Source of the DNA: Eledone cirrhosa
Lineage: Eukaryota
NCBI GenBank assembly: GCA_964016885.1
Contig: OZ024759.1
Location: 26,660,001-26,724,000, forward strand
Direction of reading: 5' to 3'
Length of the DNA: 64,000 nucleotides
The position numbers and the translations under genes are program-made. Shown here one piece after another: positions 50,367-63,285 of this stretch (position 1 is its first letter; every line of letters starts with the position of its first letter). The notes beneath the pieces were generated by a model. It did not search any database and was not told where the DNA came from. It saw only the letters and a program-made list of their open reading frames with translations.

Positions 50367-50525
50367 ATCACCATATATAGACAGATATATAGTAAAAAAA
50401 GGTAAGAATGAAAGCAGCACTGAAGTATATTTAAAGAATCTTTTTTCTTCTTTTATCCAACAAAGTGATTATTGAAAACAAGAAAAAAACATTTTTTTTT
50501 TAAGTTTTTATAAAATATATTTTAA

Positions 50526-50565
50526 AATATTACCGGTTTCGATGTTATCCATCTTATCAAATATT
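50526..50565 (-). ncRNA. Minimal type-I hammerhead ribozyme, U3-A8 core variant
   Basis: - strand reads AATAT TTGATAA GATG-GATAA-CATC GAAA CCGG TA ATATT; all three stems pair. Confidence 0.7.
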
Positions 50566-50689
50566 AAAAGTTAATTAAAAATTAGAAATTGAGAGTTGAA
50601 AAAATAAATTCTGTTCATATTTTGTATAAATATTTATATACATATGCATTTATATTATATGGTGGATTTTTCTAATATATTCCATTTAA

Positions 50690-50895
50690 CCCTTTAGCAT
50701 TTACATTACTCTATATTTACTATTGTATTTTCACAGTAAACACTTTATCTCACATAATATCGAATCTGAGATTTTGATGTTATTTATTTTGAGAACAATA
50801 CCTTAATGTCAGTATGAGTGGCCAGTTATGGCCCGTTTGAACAGAAAGGGGTGAGTGAATTCTAGCCGTATATGGCCGGTTTAAATACTAAAGGG
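50690..50895. mobile_element. piggyBac-like MITE
   Basis: TTAA|CCCTTTAGCATTTA ... TAAATACTAAAGGG|TTAA. Confidence 0.85.
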
Positions 50896-51122
50896 TTAAT
50901 GGAAAATGCTCTGTCATTATTTTCATGGTTTGCGAGCTGCGTGGCATGTATTTTGTCAGAATGTCTGAAGGCTGTTTCATGGGTCAGGTACTGGCTTTTG
51001 AACCGGCTCGCAGACATTGACACAAGTCCAGGCTTCAGTTTCGTGGTTCTGATGGTTCTGGTTACTTACAAAACTTTGAATTAAATATTAAATAATTCCT
51101 ATGTATTTACTGTTTGTTTCAG

Positions 51123-51208
51123 ATAAATACTGGACTCTCTTCTGCTTTTATTTTATGGTCAATATATTTTCGTTGATCGGAAACATCCTTGGACAGTATA
51201 TGAAACTT
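51123..51208 (+). CDS. SLC29A: ENT exon 12, TM8 (DKYWTLFCFYFMVNIFSLIGNILGQYMKL)
   Basis: gtttcag| ... |gtgagt; phases 1/0 fit. Confidence 0.9.
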
Positions 51209-51516
51209 GTGAGTATTTTTATCAGACAAAATAATTTACAGCATTTAGTTAGGACTTTCTATGTTCTTTATCCATATTCTGCCGAGATCGACTTTGCCCT
51301 TGATCCTTGTGGTTTCAGTAAAATAAAGTACTAGTGAAATACTTGAGTCAATATAATTAATCTTATCTTTCCCGACAAAGTGTTGGCCTTATGCCTCAAT
51401 TAGAAATTATTGAGGTTTGGATTTTGCTTTGAGTTTGTACGTGTTAACTCCAAATCTCATCCTGATAACTCAAGAGACAGAAAGTTATAAGTTATTATAG
51501 GACGGTGAAGGACGAT

Positions 51517-51731
51517 GAATTGGCAGAATCAGTAGAGGGTCCGATGCCATGCTTTGCAGCATAGAATTACGTGTCTTTAAGTTCCGATTTCAAATCCCAC
51601 TGAGGTTAGCTTTGCCTTTCATCCTTACAGAGTCGATAAAATAAAGTACCAGTCATGCACTGGGGTCGATTTAATTGACTTTCCCCTCCCTAAAATTGCT
51701 GGCCTTGTGCCTATATAAGAAACCATTATTA
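51517..51731 (+). mobile_element. SINE family A just upstream of exon 13
   Basis: Same consensus. Confidence 0.85.
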
Positions 51732-51776
51732 TATATTACATATAATTTGTCCAGTTTGTATTTTTTCTTACTCTAG

Positions 51777-51985
51777 ATGCGGCACCGTCTTGTATGGTTA
51801 GCGTTGGTCTCCAGAGCCCTTGTTTTTATTCCATTTTTCATATTCTGCAACTATAAACCAGAAGGATACGGTATGCGTACATTACCAGTCTATTTAGAGA
51901 ATGACTATTTATTTCTCGCGGGTACAATACTAATGGCCTTGACGTCAGGGTACTACACCAGTGTCTGTGTGATGTATGCACAGTA
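51777..51985 (+). CDS. SLC29A: ENT exon 13, TM9-TM10 (MRHRLVWLALVSRALVFIPFFIFCNYKP...TSGYYTSVCVMYAQ)
   Basis: ctctag| ... TA|gtaagt; most recognisable ENT segment (R..FIPFF.FCN, R.LPV, NDY, SGY). Confidence 0.95.
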
Positions 51986-52325
51986 GTAAGTATAAAAGTT
52001 ATTTTTTATATTCATTGATTCATTAAATTTGCCTTACATGCTCATCACCCCTCCCACATGTATATATATACCTATATACATATGAGATAAGATATATATA
52101 TATATATATATATATCAACTAGAAATTGATTGACATATCTATATATATAAAATAAACATATGAAACAATCACAGTGATTGTTTCATATGTTTATTTTATA
52201 TATATATATGTCAATCAATTTCTAGTTGATATAAAATGCTTGAATCTATTCATTGGAATCTTTGAGCATATTCTACAGTGGATATGGTGCATGTCTCTCA
52301 GACATGACAACCTTAATTTAATTTT

Positions 52326-52360
<35 letters not shown>

Positions 52361-52434
52361 CACCAATGACATACTGGTATTTAAGTTTCTTTGGGCTCTG
52401 TACCCCAATTTATTCAGCCTGTTATAAAAATAAT

Positions 52435-52499
<65 letters not shown>

Positions 52500-52501
52500 A
52501 T

Positions 52502-52551
<50 letters not shown>

Positions 52552-53205
52552 TATATACCCTCTTCCTACTATTTCAAGCATTAACCTAATATATACATTC
52601 CATATACTGTAATGATTGTGTTGTTATTTCTGTTTAACTTTTACATACATATATATATTACGCAGTAATACCAAAGACCCGACTTCCCACGGGGACAAGC
52701 CGAAGCTGAAGCATATAGACAATATGCTCCCACCCCCTCCCACTACAAAATGGAGGTGCCATGGCAAAAAAATACCCATCACTCACTGTAAATGAGGTTG
52801 GTGTTAGGAAGGGCATCCAGCTGTAGAAATCGAGCCAAAATCAGTTCCGTATGAGCAAGACAAGGTCAGCCGACCGGGCACTGCCCACAACAGGACAACC
52901 TGTCTAACCCATGCTAGCGTGGAAGAACGGACGTAAAACGATGATGATGATGATATATATATATATATTTAGTTAGTTAGTTCCACAACATATTAGCAAA
53001 CCAGTCTCAAAGACATGCATTTCACCCAATGGATTTTCAACTGGAGTTATAACGAACTCATCCTGTGGATTGAGTGCTCTACATTCTATGGATATCACCT
53101 CCCGGTATCCTACCACTACATATATATATATATATATATTGGATCATCAATATGAAATTTGTAGGGAGGCATATGGTCACATGTTTTTTTCTACAAATTT
53201 CATAC

Positions 53206-53239
<34 letters not shown>

Positions 53240-54060
53240 TATATGTATATGTATGTATATGTATGTATTTGTATGGAATATGTGTTGTGTGGTTATCTAG
53301 TCAGCATGGAAGATATTAAATGCCGACACTGTGAAAAGTCTATTCAATAGTTGACTATGTTGCCAATGGCCACCAGGCTGGGAATTACTCAACTCTGTGG
53401 AATCAACTACAAGACTATAAATAACAGTTTTAATTCTAGGTAAAGAATTTTATGAAAGACCCAATATTATCTCTAGCATCTATCACACATCATGCATTCA
53501 TTGATACATACATATATATATATTTATATATCTGTGTGTATATATATATATGTGTGTGTGTTAAGTTATATGTATATATATATAATTTGTTATACACATA
53601 TATATTATATTTATATGTGATTCCAATTTCTGTTCATTTTCCTCATGTATTGTATTGTACGTAGGTTTATTTTCGACGTAGCTATATCTATGCAATTCTA
53701 TAATCATACTTATGTCCCTCTATGTATTACAATAATGTATTTCAATAATGTATAATATAATATAATGTAATACTAATATTTTGGGACTATATGAATATAT
53801 AGAAATGAGATTATAGGGACTGGGGTCACTATCATTTCACTGCAAAGTGGTCGTGGAGGTGCCACGGCAAAAAAGCAGCCAGCACTCACTGTAAATGAGG
53901 TTGGTGTTAGGAAGGGCATCCAGTTGTAGAAATCAAGCCAGAATCAGTTCCCGTCCCACCCTTGCAAGCAGGGAAAAGTGGACGTAAAATGAAATGATGA
54001 TGATGATGATGATATATAGAAACATACATATATATATATAAATATATATGTATATATTTG

Positions 54061-54092
<32 letters not shown>

Positions 54093-54190
54093 AGTATGTA
54101 TAAATATATATATATATATTTATATATAAGTATGTATAAATATATATATAAATACATACATACATACATACATATACATTCTTTACATAA

Positions 54191-54660
54191 TAGAGTTACG
54201 GCCCTTTATGATCTGTGTTCAAATCCTGCCGAGATTATCTTTGCTTTTCATTCTATCGGTGTCGATAAAATAATAGTACCAGTAATGCACTGGGGTCGAT
54301 TTAATAGACTTTCCACTCTCCCCTTCGAATTACTGGCCTTGTGCCTATAGTAGAATTCATTATCTTTATTACTAACATTCATCCTTAGATGGTCGATAAA
54401 ATAAAGTACCAGTCATGCACTGGGTCAATCTAATCAACTTTCCCCGCCCCCAAAATTGCTGGTCTTGTGCCTATATAAGAAAATCGGTAGAGGGTCGGAC
54501 GCCATGCTTTGACGCATAGTTACGGCCCTTGCCATTCTGAGTTCAAATCCCGCCGAGGTTAACTTTGCCTTTCATCCTTACGGGGTCGATAACATAAAGT
54601 ACCAGTAATGTACTGGGTGATTGCTGGCCTTGTGCCAAAAGTAGAAACAATTATTATTAC
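54191..54660 (+). mobile_element. Cluster of SINE family A copies just upstream of exon 14
   Basis: Three partial or full copies. Confidence 0.8.
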
Positions 54661-54680
54661 TAACATTTTTATCATTGCAG

Positions 54681-54810
54681 CAACACCAACAGAGAAGATT
54701 GCTACCTGTCTGGTATGATGGTTAACATGATGATTTACTGCGGGATGTTCAATGGTAGTATCATTGCTACATTACTTCCACTAGTGACAAACGATGGTAA
54801 AAGTCACTGA
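54681..54810 (+). CDS. SLC29A: ENT exon 14, TM11 and stop (YNTNREDCYLSGMMVNMMIYCGMFNGSIIATLLPLVTNDGKSH*)
   Basis: cattgcag|; phase 2 completes TAC; G..M......G...GS pattern of TM11; TGA at 54808. Confidence 0.92.
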
Positions 54811-54873
54811 CATGTGTGATGACTCCTTTTCTTGATGGTCTCTCCTTCGTCTATCTTTGTGCAGCTGTGTGTC

Positions 54874-54939
<66 letters not shown>

Positions 54940-54955
54940 GACACACAGCTGCACA

Positions 54956-54986
<31 letters not shown>

Positions 54987-55054
54987 GTAATAATAATAAT
55001 AAAATTGAAGACTAAAATCCAGAGAGGGCTCTGTTATTTTAATCTGTTATTTTA

Positions 55055-55097
<43 letters not shown>

Positions 55098-55113
55098 GAC
55101 ACACAGCTGCACA

Positions 55114-55162
<49 letters not shown>

Positions 55163-55176
55163 CACACAGCTGCACA

Positions 55177-55243
<67 letters not shown>

Positions 55244-55266
55244 CACACAGCTGCACAAAGTGTGTG

Positions 55267-55313
<47 letters not shown>

Positions 55314-55466
55314 ATGTATGTATGTATGTATGTATATGTATGTATATATGTATATGTATGTATATTTATGTGTATATATATATGTATGTATATATATATA
55401 TGTATGTATATATATGTATAATTATATATGTGTGTGTGTGTGTATATATATATGATGATGATGATG

Positions 55467-55502
<36 letters not shown>

Positions 55503-56564
55503 TGGTCAATCAAACCTTTGAAATGATCATAAAACAATGAACTAACTTTCTACTGACACCTGACTTCTGTTTTTTTTTTATTGTTCTGCACAGAAACACA
55601 TGTGTGTGTATATATTTATATATATTCCATTTCTTTTCTAGACAGCGTAAAACTAATAGGATTTTGACTAATAGTAATTCTGTGTTTGTATTTTCATTAA
55701 ATTTTGAACAATATATGTGTACATATACTTTGGTGCTGAGATGGGGGAGGCGACAAATCAGGGGAGTATCCTATATATAGGAAGAAGCGGTGTGGGTATA
55801 GAACAGTGGTTCCTAACCAATTTCTATCCCACACCACTTGGCCAAGCACATATGACAAAAGAAGTTGAATTTTCATGTCAAATTATAAAGGTACGTGGCT
55901 GAGAATTGGATTCACAATCGTGAGGTTGTGATTTCGATATTTTGATTCCTTGACCGGGTGATGTGTTATGTCCTTGAGCAAGACAATTTATTTCACGTTG
56001 CTCTTTCTGCCTGGATTTGCGACCAACAGATAGTATTAGCAATTGGAAAGACCAATGGAAATATTGAAGTTGAATTTCCAGGTCAAATTATCAGCTACTT
56101 AGCTGCTGCTATTTCCCTTCTCTATGTCACCAATGTTGTCCAAGGGAAAGACAAAGGTTGATACAGCTTGGCACCAGTGACATCCCAACTCACTTATCCA
56201 TCTGAGTGAACTAGAGCAACTTGAAATAAAGTGACTTCCTCAAGAACACAACACAAAGCCCGGTCTGAAAATTAAATTCACAACCCAAGAATCGAACTTA
56301 CAGGCCATACATCATATAATGTATACACTTATATATATATACATAAAAATGAGATTAAAGATATATTCCGTGAATCCTCTAATTATATTATTCTTTATTA
56401 CTGAATAATTAGTGTCATCTATTATACACCCCACACACATATGTGTCTGTATGTGTGTAGTTATATCGATATCGCTCTCTATATATTATATATATATATA
56501 TAAATATATATATATATATTTATATTTACACAAATAGACACATCCTCACATACATATATACACA

Positions 56565-56611
<47 letters not shown>

Positions 56612-57041
56612 CCTTGCAAGCATGGAAAAGGGCACATAAAATGATGATCATGATACACTCACATACATATATATACACATATACATTCACATACATATAT
56701 ACACAGATACATATATATATTTTAAAAAATACATAGTTAAGCAAGACTAGGTATATACACTACAATGTGTGCATACATATAGGTACATTTACACATATGC
56801 ACCTCCCATACACGTGTCCATATATACATATATATCCATAAAAACATATATATGCACATATACAACCATATATATATACACATCTACACATAGACAAATA
56901 TATACACTTATGTTCCAAGTGAATGTCCATATAAATGGTCAAAAGATCACTTAATATATGCTAACACACGCCTATATATCTTGTGTAAATATATTGATAC
57001 ACTTGTCTACTGTTATTAGTTTCATACATATTGTTGTATAC

Positions 57042-57378
57042 CAAAGGTTCTTAAACTATTGAGGGCCACCGCCCCCTTTTCGGCCATGAAATACCCTCAG
57101 TGCCCTCCAACCCTATTACCAGAGAGACCTGCTTACACCCAAAATGTAAATAATATATAATAAATAAAATTGTTAATTTATATATACTAAATAATATAAT
57201 ATATACTATGCATAAATAAAAATATATATTTTTTATTTTACTATATTTATATATAATATGTATCATTTGATATTTAATATACTATTATATCATGTCTACC
57301 ACCCTCTGAAACTGAAGAACCCCAGAACCTTCTCAACACCCTCTGGGAGGGTGGAAGCACCCACTTTGAGAACCTCTG
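57042..57378. mobile_element. hAT-like MITE
   Basis: TIR CAAAGGTTCTTAAACT / ACTTTGAGAACCTCTG with exact 8-bp TSD TTGTATAC. Confidence 0.85.
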
Positions 57379-57500
57379 TTGTATACGAATAAGTAGTAGA
57401 ATTTAATTTGAAGTACATAAATATATATGGGACTGCATATATTAGCCTGGATGTGTGGTGGTGTGTGTATAATTTAGCATGTGAAATCTATTCCCTTTCT

Positions 57501-57872
57501 TTGCGCAAAAAAATGGACCACTTATAATTTTTATTATCTATTCATATAGAGCATGTCGCATGTCAATCCGTTTGAGTGTCTGAGTGAATAATTTCAGCAG
57601 ACTCGTGGTAAGTATTATTTCCAAGTATGACAGTGGTATTTTTAAAATGGAAGCAAAACTACTCAGGTATGTTATATTTATTGTGCAAAAAAGATGGACC
57701 GCTTATAATTTTGATTATTATATTCATATAGAGCATGTCGCATGTCTATTCATTTGAGTGCCTGAGTGAATAATTTCAGCAGACTGGTGGTAAGCATTAT
57801 TTCCTAATATTATTTCCTATGACACGACAGTATTTTTAAATGGAAGCAAAACCACTCATGTATGTTATATTT
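57501..57872. repeat. Tandem duplication of a ~180-bp unit
   Basis: TTGCGCAAAAAAATGGACC at 57501 and TTGTGCAAAAAAGATGGACC at 57681. Confidence 0.85.
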
Positions 57873-57884
57873 TTGTACTGATAT

Positions 57885-57928
57885 AATTCTGATGAGTCCT
57901 AATATTAAGGATGAAACACAAGTAACTC
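57885..57928 (+). ncRNA. Degenerate hammerhead-like motif
   Basis: CTGATGA GTCCT-AATATTA-AGGAT GAAA C ACAA GTA; stem I pairs poorly. Confidence 0.45.
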
Positions 57929-58946
57929 AAAATGTGATATAGTTAGCAGTGTTTGATTTATTATTCACTGTATTTCTTGCTCTATGTAAATTCACAATCG
58001 TTCATATTAGGATTTAATACTTTTCTATAAAATTGTATGTAGTCTTGATATGTATAAAATCTCGTATTTTTGAGCTCATAACTTCAGCTATAATTATCTG
58101 TTTTTGTCTTTGAAAATATATTACTTTATACTATATATATAGTTTATCTAACCTGATTGTATTTTTTTTGTTGTGGTGGCTTCTGTGGTTTTGTCTCCTT
58201 AACCACATCTTTCAATTTGTCACGCCATTTAACGTATGTTTATTACTCTAAGATGTAACTTATCGATTTATCGATATCTTCTTATTGAGTGCTTCATGCA
58301 AAGCTTCCAAATATTGTTGTTGTTTTTTTCGTGGATGCTGGCCAAGAGCTGCAACTTCAATTTTACTCACTTCCACTCTTATATATTTATATATATATAT
58401 ATATATATCACATAAGAAACGGAGAATCAGTGGTGCAACGAATAAGATTTATTAGACCTATTACAATCGTTTCTCTGGCGACCAGCTCGAGGCACGATCG
58501 ATGCAATGATCAAACCTGACTCTGAAATCGCAAGATCCTCAGATATGTATTGATTCTACAAAGCAGAGTTTCTAATTGGTTTGAAGTTAGGATGTAACAT
58601 TTTTTTTGTCTACATAGAAAAAGTTGTTGTCACTTTGGACATTTATATATACCATGGGTGAATGGCTGAAGTTTGATCAATGGCTAAGGTAGAGGATGAG
58701 GTGTTAGAGATCGGGGGGGGGGGGGGGGTAGAAAAAGTATTTGGTGAGTGAAGGAGGGAGAGTGAGTGAGTGACATATGGAAACAGACAGTGAGTTACTG
58801 AATGAATAGTTGTTTTTGTTTAACCCTAGGTCCACTCTGATTAAGCAGTTTGATAATAATCAATGACTTTCTATCCATGATCACCCTGTCTTTTATTTGT
58901 ATCTACAAATATATTATCATGGTTTCATGTGTCGTTCACTGTTTAA

Positions 58947-59157
58947 CCCTTTAGCATTTAAACCGGCCATATCCGGTCAGAATTCTCTCACCTTTTTCTG
59001 TTCAAACTGGTCACTCATACTTACGTTAAGGTATTGTTCTCAAAATAAATAATATCAAAATCTCATAGATTTTATATTATGTGAGATAATTATGTGACGT
59101 AAAGCTTTTACCATGAAAATATAATTGTAAATATAGAGTAATGTAAATGCTAAATGG
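58947..59157. mobile_element. piggyBac-like MITE, opposite orientation
   Basis: TTAA target on both sides, same TIR and internal sequence. Confidence 0.85.
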
Positions 59158-59217
59158 TTAAGATGCTAGCATGTGAGGGAGGTTGGGCTGATATTTCTAG
59201 CCGGTGAAGGGACCTCA

Positions 59218-59521
59218 TTACTTTAATGTTTCTTTTTCTTTCTTTTTCTTTCTTTTAAGTAATTTTGGTACAAACTGCAGAGGTGCTAGTTTGCCCCTTT
59301 GAGGAGACATTATTCTAGTATCTTCCATGAGAATTCTGGGAATACTGCTAGCTTTCTGGGTGTCACATCTCTTGCTTGTCTTGAAATAACAATCAGACAT
59401 AGATCTTTCATCTTCGAGGTATTCCTTCTCTGTGTCTTTGTTGGTAGCATGTGAGATCCTTCCACCATATTTCTCACCTAGTTTAGAGTTACTGGACAAC
59501 AGGGAGAGATGTTCCTCTTTC
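59218..59521 (-). CDS. Putative terminal exon of an unidentified convergent gene (KEEHLSLLSSNSKLGEK...KRKKKKEKETLK*)
   Basis: Pyrimidine-rich acceptor ttcttttattcaccag| on - strand, ~100 open non-repetitive codons to TAA; no homology recognised. Confidence 0.45.
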
Positions 59522-59649
59522 CTGGTGAATAAAAGAATAAAATTATAAACATCTGCTCACTATCATTCTCAAAGCTTCCATTACAACACAATCGGTACAG
59601 TATATGGAAGGAATATATTAGGTTAACACTTGAAATAGCAGGAAGAGGG

Positions 59650-59685
59650 TCTTAACGTTTCGGAAACTAGTCCTTTATCAGAAGA
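59650..59685 (-). ncRNA. Degenerate PLE-type hammerhead motif
   Basis: - strand TCTT CTGATAA AGGACTAGTTTCC GAAACGTT AAGA with G8>A; its downstream sequence recurs at ~15333-15368 and ~52557-52628. Confidence 0.45.
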
Positions 59686-59861
59686 AAGAATGAGAAATAA
59701 GATAGATTGAAGGGACAAGATGGGTGGAATTGGAAAAAAATGTCTTTAGATAAAAATAACAGATCCATTCATGTTGACATCTTTTGGAAAACTGTTGATG
59801 CGGGTGTTTTGTGTATGATTTATTTTTTTAATATATATATATTGGGTAATGACTGAAAGAA

Positions 59862-60255
59862 TACGATCGCGAATACAACCGCCCAAAATGGGGTTCCTCC
59901 AAAGGGTCTTTGGAGTAATGTTACTTGATAAAGTGCGTGGGTTGGAGATCAGAGAGTAACTCCAGGTAGAGCTGCTACTTCTCTGAATTGAGAGATCACA
60001 GCTCCAATACTATGGGCATGTGGTTAGAATGTCTGAGGAAAGACACACTGGTCAGATTTTATGGGCAAAACCAACTGGCAAGAGACCCAGGGAGTAGATC
60101 ACAAGCAAAACAGTTGGATAACATCCATGAGTTTGGCTGGTCACACTTAGGGATCCAGCTAGGTCAGTTGGAGACGGTTGCTTCTGACAGGACCCGCTGG
60201 AAAGAGTGTTTGAGGACTCTGCCCCCATGACCTCCCAGGAATAAGTGGGCGACGA
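59862..60255 (+). mobile_element. RTE-like LINE 3' fragment (family A)
   Basis: Reverse-complement homolog of 15884-16480 with a single 99-bp unit. Confidence 0.8.
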
Positions 60256-60291
60256 AAAAAAAAAGATATATATGAGGCAAGAAGAACCACA

Positions 60292-60900
60292 TTGATAGCA
60301 AGAAGAATGATAACTTTGATAGCAAGTTGAATGATAACTTTGATAGCAAGTGGAATGATAACATTGATAGCAAGTTGAATGATAACTTTGATAGCAAATG
60401 GAATGATAACATTGATAGCAAGTGGAATGATAACTTTGATAGCGAGTGGAATGATAACATTGATAGCGAGAGGAATGATAACTTTGATAGCAAGTGGAAT
60501 GATAACTTTGATAACAAGTGGAATGATAACTTTGATAGCGAGAGGAATGACAACTTTGATAGCGAGTGGAATGATAACTTTGATAGCGAGAGGAATGACA
60601 ACTTTGATAGCAAGTGGAATGATAACTTTGATAGCAAGTGGAATGATAACTTTGATAGCGAGAGGAATGACAACTTTGATAGCGAGTGGAATGATAACTT
60701 TGATAGCGAGAGGAATGACAACTTTGATAGCAAGTGGAATGACAACTTTGATAGCAAGTGGAATGACAACTTTGATAGCAAGTGGAATGACAACTTTGAT
60801 AGCGAGTGGAATGATAACTTTGATAGCAAGTGGAATGACAACTTTGATAACAAGAAGAGGGATAGCTTTGATAGCGAGAAGAATGACAACTTTGATAGCA
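60292..60900. repeat. 24-bp minisatellite (GATAGCAAGTGGAATGATAACTTT), ~25 copies
   Basis: Direct reading; 60541-60600 is identical to 60661-60720, implying a 120-bp higher-order repeat. Confidence 0.95.
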
Positions 60901-61677
60901 AAAGCATGGCAGCAAAAGCAAGAACAACTTTGATGACAAAAAGAATGACGACAACAGCAAGGACATCAATAGGAGCAGCAGAAATATATGTATTATGAAA
61001 TGCCGTAAGAAACTACAAAGGAACACAACACCAAAGAATATAATAATAGAAAAAACTAAGAACATTTCACCTCATTTGGATTTGGGGAACCAATTTGGAG
61101 AAGTGGTATAAAATCAGATGTTCCGAACTGGAATTTCTCTGGTAACAGAAAATACCTGTTGTTGTTGTTGATGATGATGTTGTTGTCGGTATTGATATTG
61201 TTATTGTTGTTATTAAAAGTGAGAAAATTTAGAGATGAGAAAAAAACATCTTCATTGAAGGACATTGAATATATATACATATATATATATATACCCATAC
61301 ATATATACATACCTATACATATATATACACATACCTATACACACACACATATATATATTACATACCTATACACACACACACACACATATATATATACACA
61401 CACACACATACATAGATACATTTACATACATATATGTTCTACTTGTCCACAAACTTCTTTCATATTTGATAATATTGACATATCAATCTTAACTGATAAT
61501 ATCTGATAAAACTTAAATCCATTTAACATCAAAATTTTAAAAATATTACATTGAGTATAACATTATGTAATTATTCTCAACATTGGAATGTCTAGAGAGT
61601 GAGCAGACAAATTATAAACCCACTCTAACATCAGTTTCTCAAAAGTACATTTAAATAGAGTAAAATATATAACATAC

Positions 61678-61767
61678 TTTGTATTTTTTCCTTCTTTATT
61701 TCCATGCTTTTTGGAATTCTTCACCACAATGTCTTGTATTTGAGCTTCTAAAAATGAATTTCTTTCA
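61678..61767 (-). CDS. Putative internal exon of the same - strand gene (ERNSFLEAQIQDIVVKNSKKHGNKEGKNT)
   Basis: tgtttttcag| ... |gtatgt; phase-2 exit joins in frame with the exon starting at 59521. Confidence 0.4.
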
Positions 61768-62269
61768 CTGAAAAACAAACACATTTTATAATTATCTATC
61801 TATGCCGAAAAAGTAGCAAAATGGCAGAATGGTTAGAACATCGGATAGAATGCTTTGCGGTACTGAGTTTTAATTTAATACAACTATTGTTGTTTGCCTT
61901 TCTTCCATCCTACAGTCACACAAAGGGGGCAACAAAATAGCAGAGTCATTAGAACATTGAATAGAGGGCTCTGCGGTATATGTTTTGAATCTCTGAGTTC
62001 AAGTCCCGCCAAGGTTGATAAAAGAAGTACCAATCTAGTATTGTGGTCGATTCTTCTTCTATATCTCTTTCTCACTTCCATCTTTCAATCTCTATCCTTC
62101 TCTGGAAGAAATCTGTAGCATTCAGACCTGGAGAAGATTGGGCTCCGCCAGGTTTCAAAATGCCCTAGAAACACTGTATGTTAATACAGTGCCCCTGCAA
62201 CTCCTTTGGGAGTTTTGGGGCTATGCATGCGTACATCTATGCCAAACACCATGGCACCCACTTTCATCG

Positions 62270-63285
62270 ACTTTAATCAACTTTCCCCCTCTCCCTAAAT
62301 TAGTTTCCTTGTTTCTAAATTAGAATTCATTGTAGAAATGATTTGTAGTTATGACTTGTTATGTTCTAAGTTCAAATCCCACCTATGACAACTTTACATG
62401 TCCTTCCTTGGTTAGTAAAATTAAATACCAGTTATGTACTGGGGTCCATGTAATAGACATTACCTACTCCATGAAATGCTGATCTTGTGCCTCAAGTAGA
62501 AATCATTATGTTATCAAAAGACAGTTGATTATCGGTAATCGGTAGTGCGTTGGACAACATGCTTTGTGGCAAAGATTAATGACCCTTTACATTCTGAGTT
62601 CAAATCCTGCCAAGGATAGTTTTGCCTTTCATCCTTACAGAGTTGATAAAATAAAGTACCAGTAATGCACAGGGGTTGATTTAATCGACTTGCCCCTCCA
62701 CTAAAATTGTTGACCTTGTGCCTAAATCATAATCCATTATTATGACCCTTAACATTCTGAGTTCAAACCTTGCTGAGCTTAGCTTTCCCTCCCATCCTTA
62801 GGGGGTTGATAAAATAAAGTACCAGTAATGCACTGATGTTGATTTAATCAACTTGCCCCTCCCCACAAAAAAAAATTGACTTTGAATGTAAAAGGCCATA
62901 ATAATGGATTATGATTTAGACACAGAGTTCAAATCCCATCAAGCTTAGCTTTTCTTCCCATCCTTATGGGTTCAATAAAACAAAGTACCAGTTAGGTATA
63001 GACTGGAGTTGGTATAACCCTTTAGCATTTACATTACTCTATATTTACTATTGTATTTTCGTGGTAATGGCTTTACCTCACATAATATTGAATCTATGAG
63101 ATTTTGATATTATTTATTTTGAGAACAATACGTTAACATCAGTATGAATGGCCGATTATGGAACAGTTTGATCAGAAAGAGGTGACAGAAATCTGGCCAG
63201 ATATGGCCAGTTTAAATGCTAAAGGGTGAATCAACTTTCCCCTCCTCCAAAATTGTTGACCTTGTGTCTAAATCAGAAACCATTT
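62270..63285 (+). mobile_element. Cluster of degenerate SINE family A copies, last one interrupted by a piggyBac-like MITE
   Basis: Repeated GAGTTCAAATCC...ATAAAGTACCAG units. Confidence 0.75.
63018..63226. mobile_element. piggyBac-like MITE inserted in a SINE
   Basis: Same TIR; flanks ATAA/TGAA (degenerate TTAA). Confidence 0.8.

Noticed and set aside
51984-51986. TAG as the ENT stop codon
   Set aside because: Overlaps the donor TA|gtaagt; splicing to 54681 gives TAC and supplies TM11
60292-60900. CRISPR-like array
   Set aside because: Contiguous tandem units with no unique spacers, eukaryotic context, no cas genes
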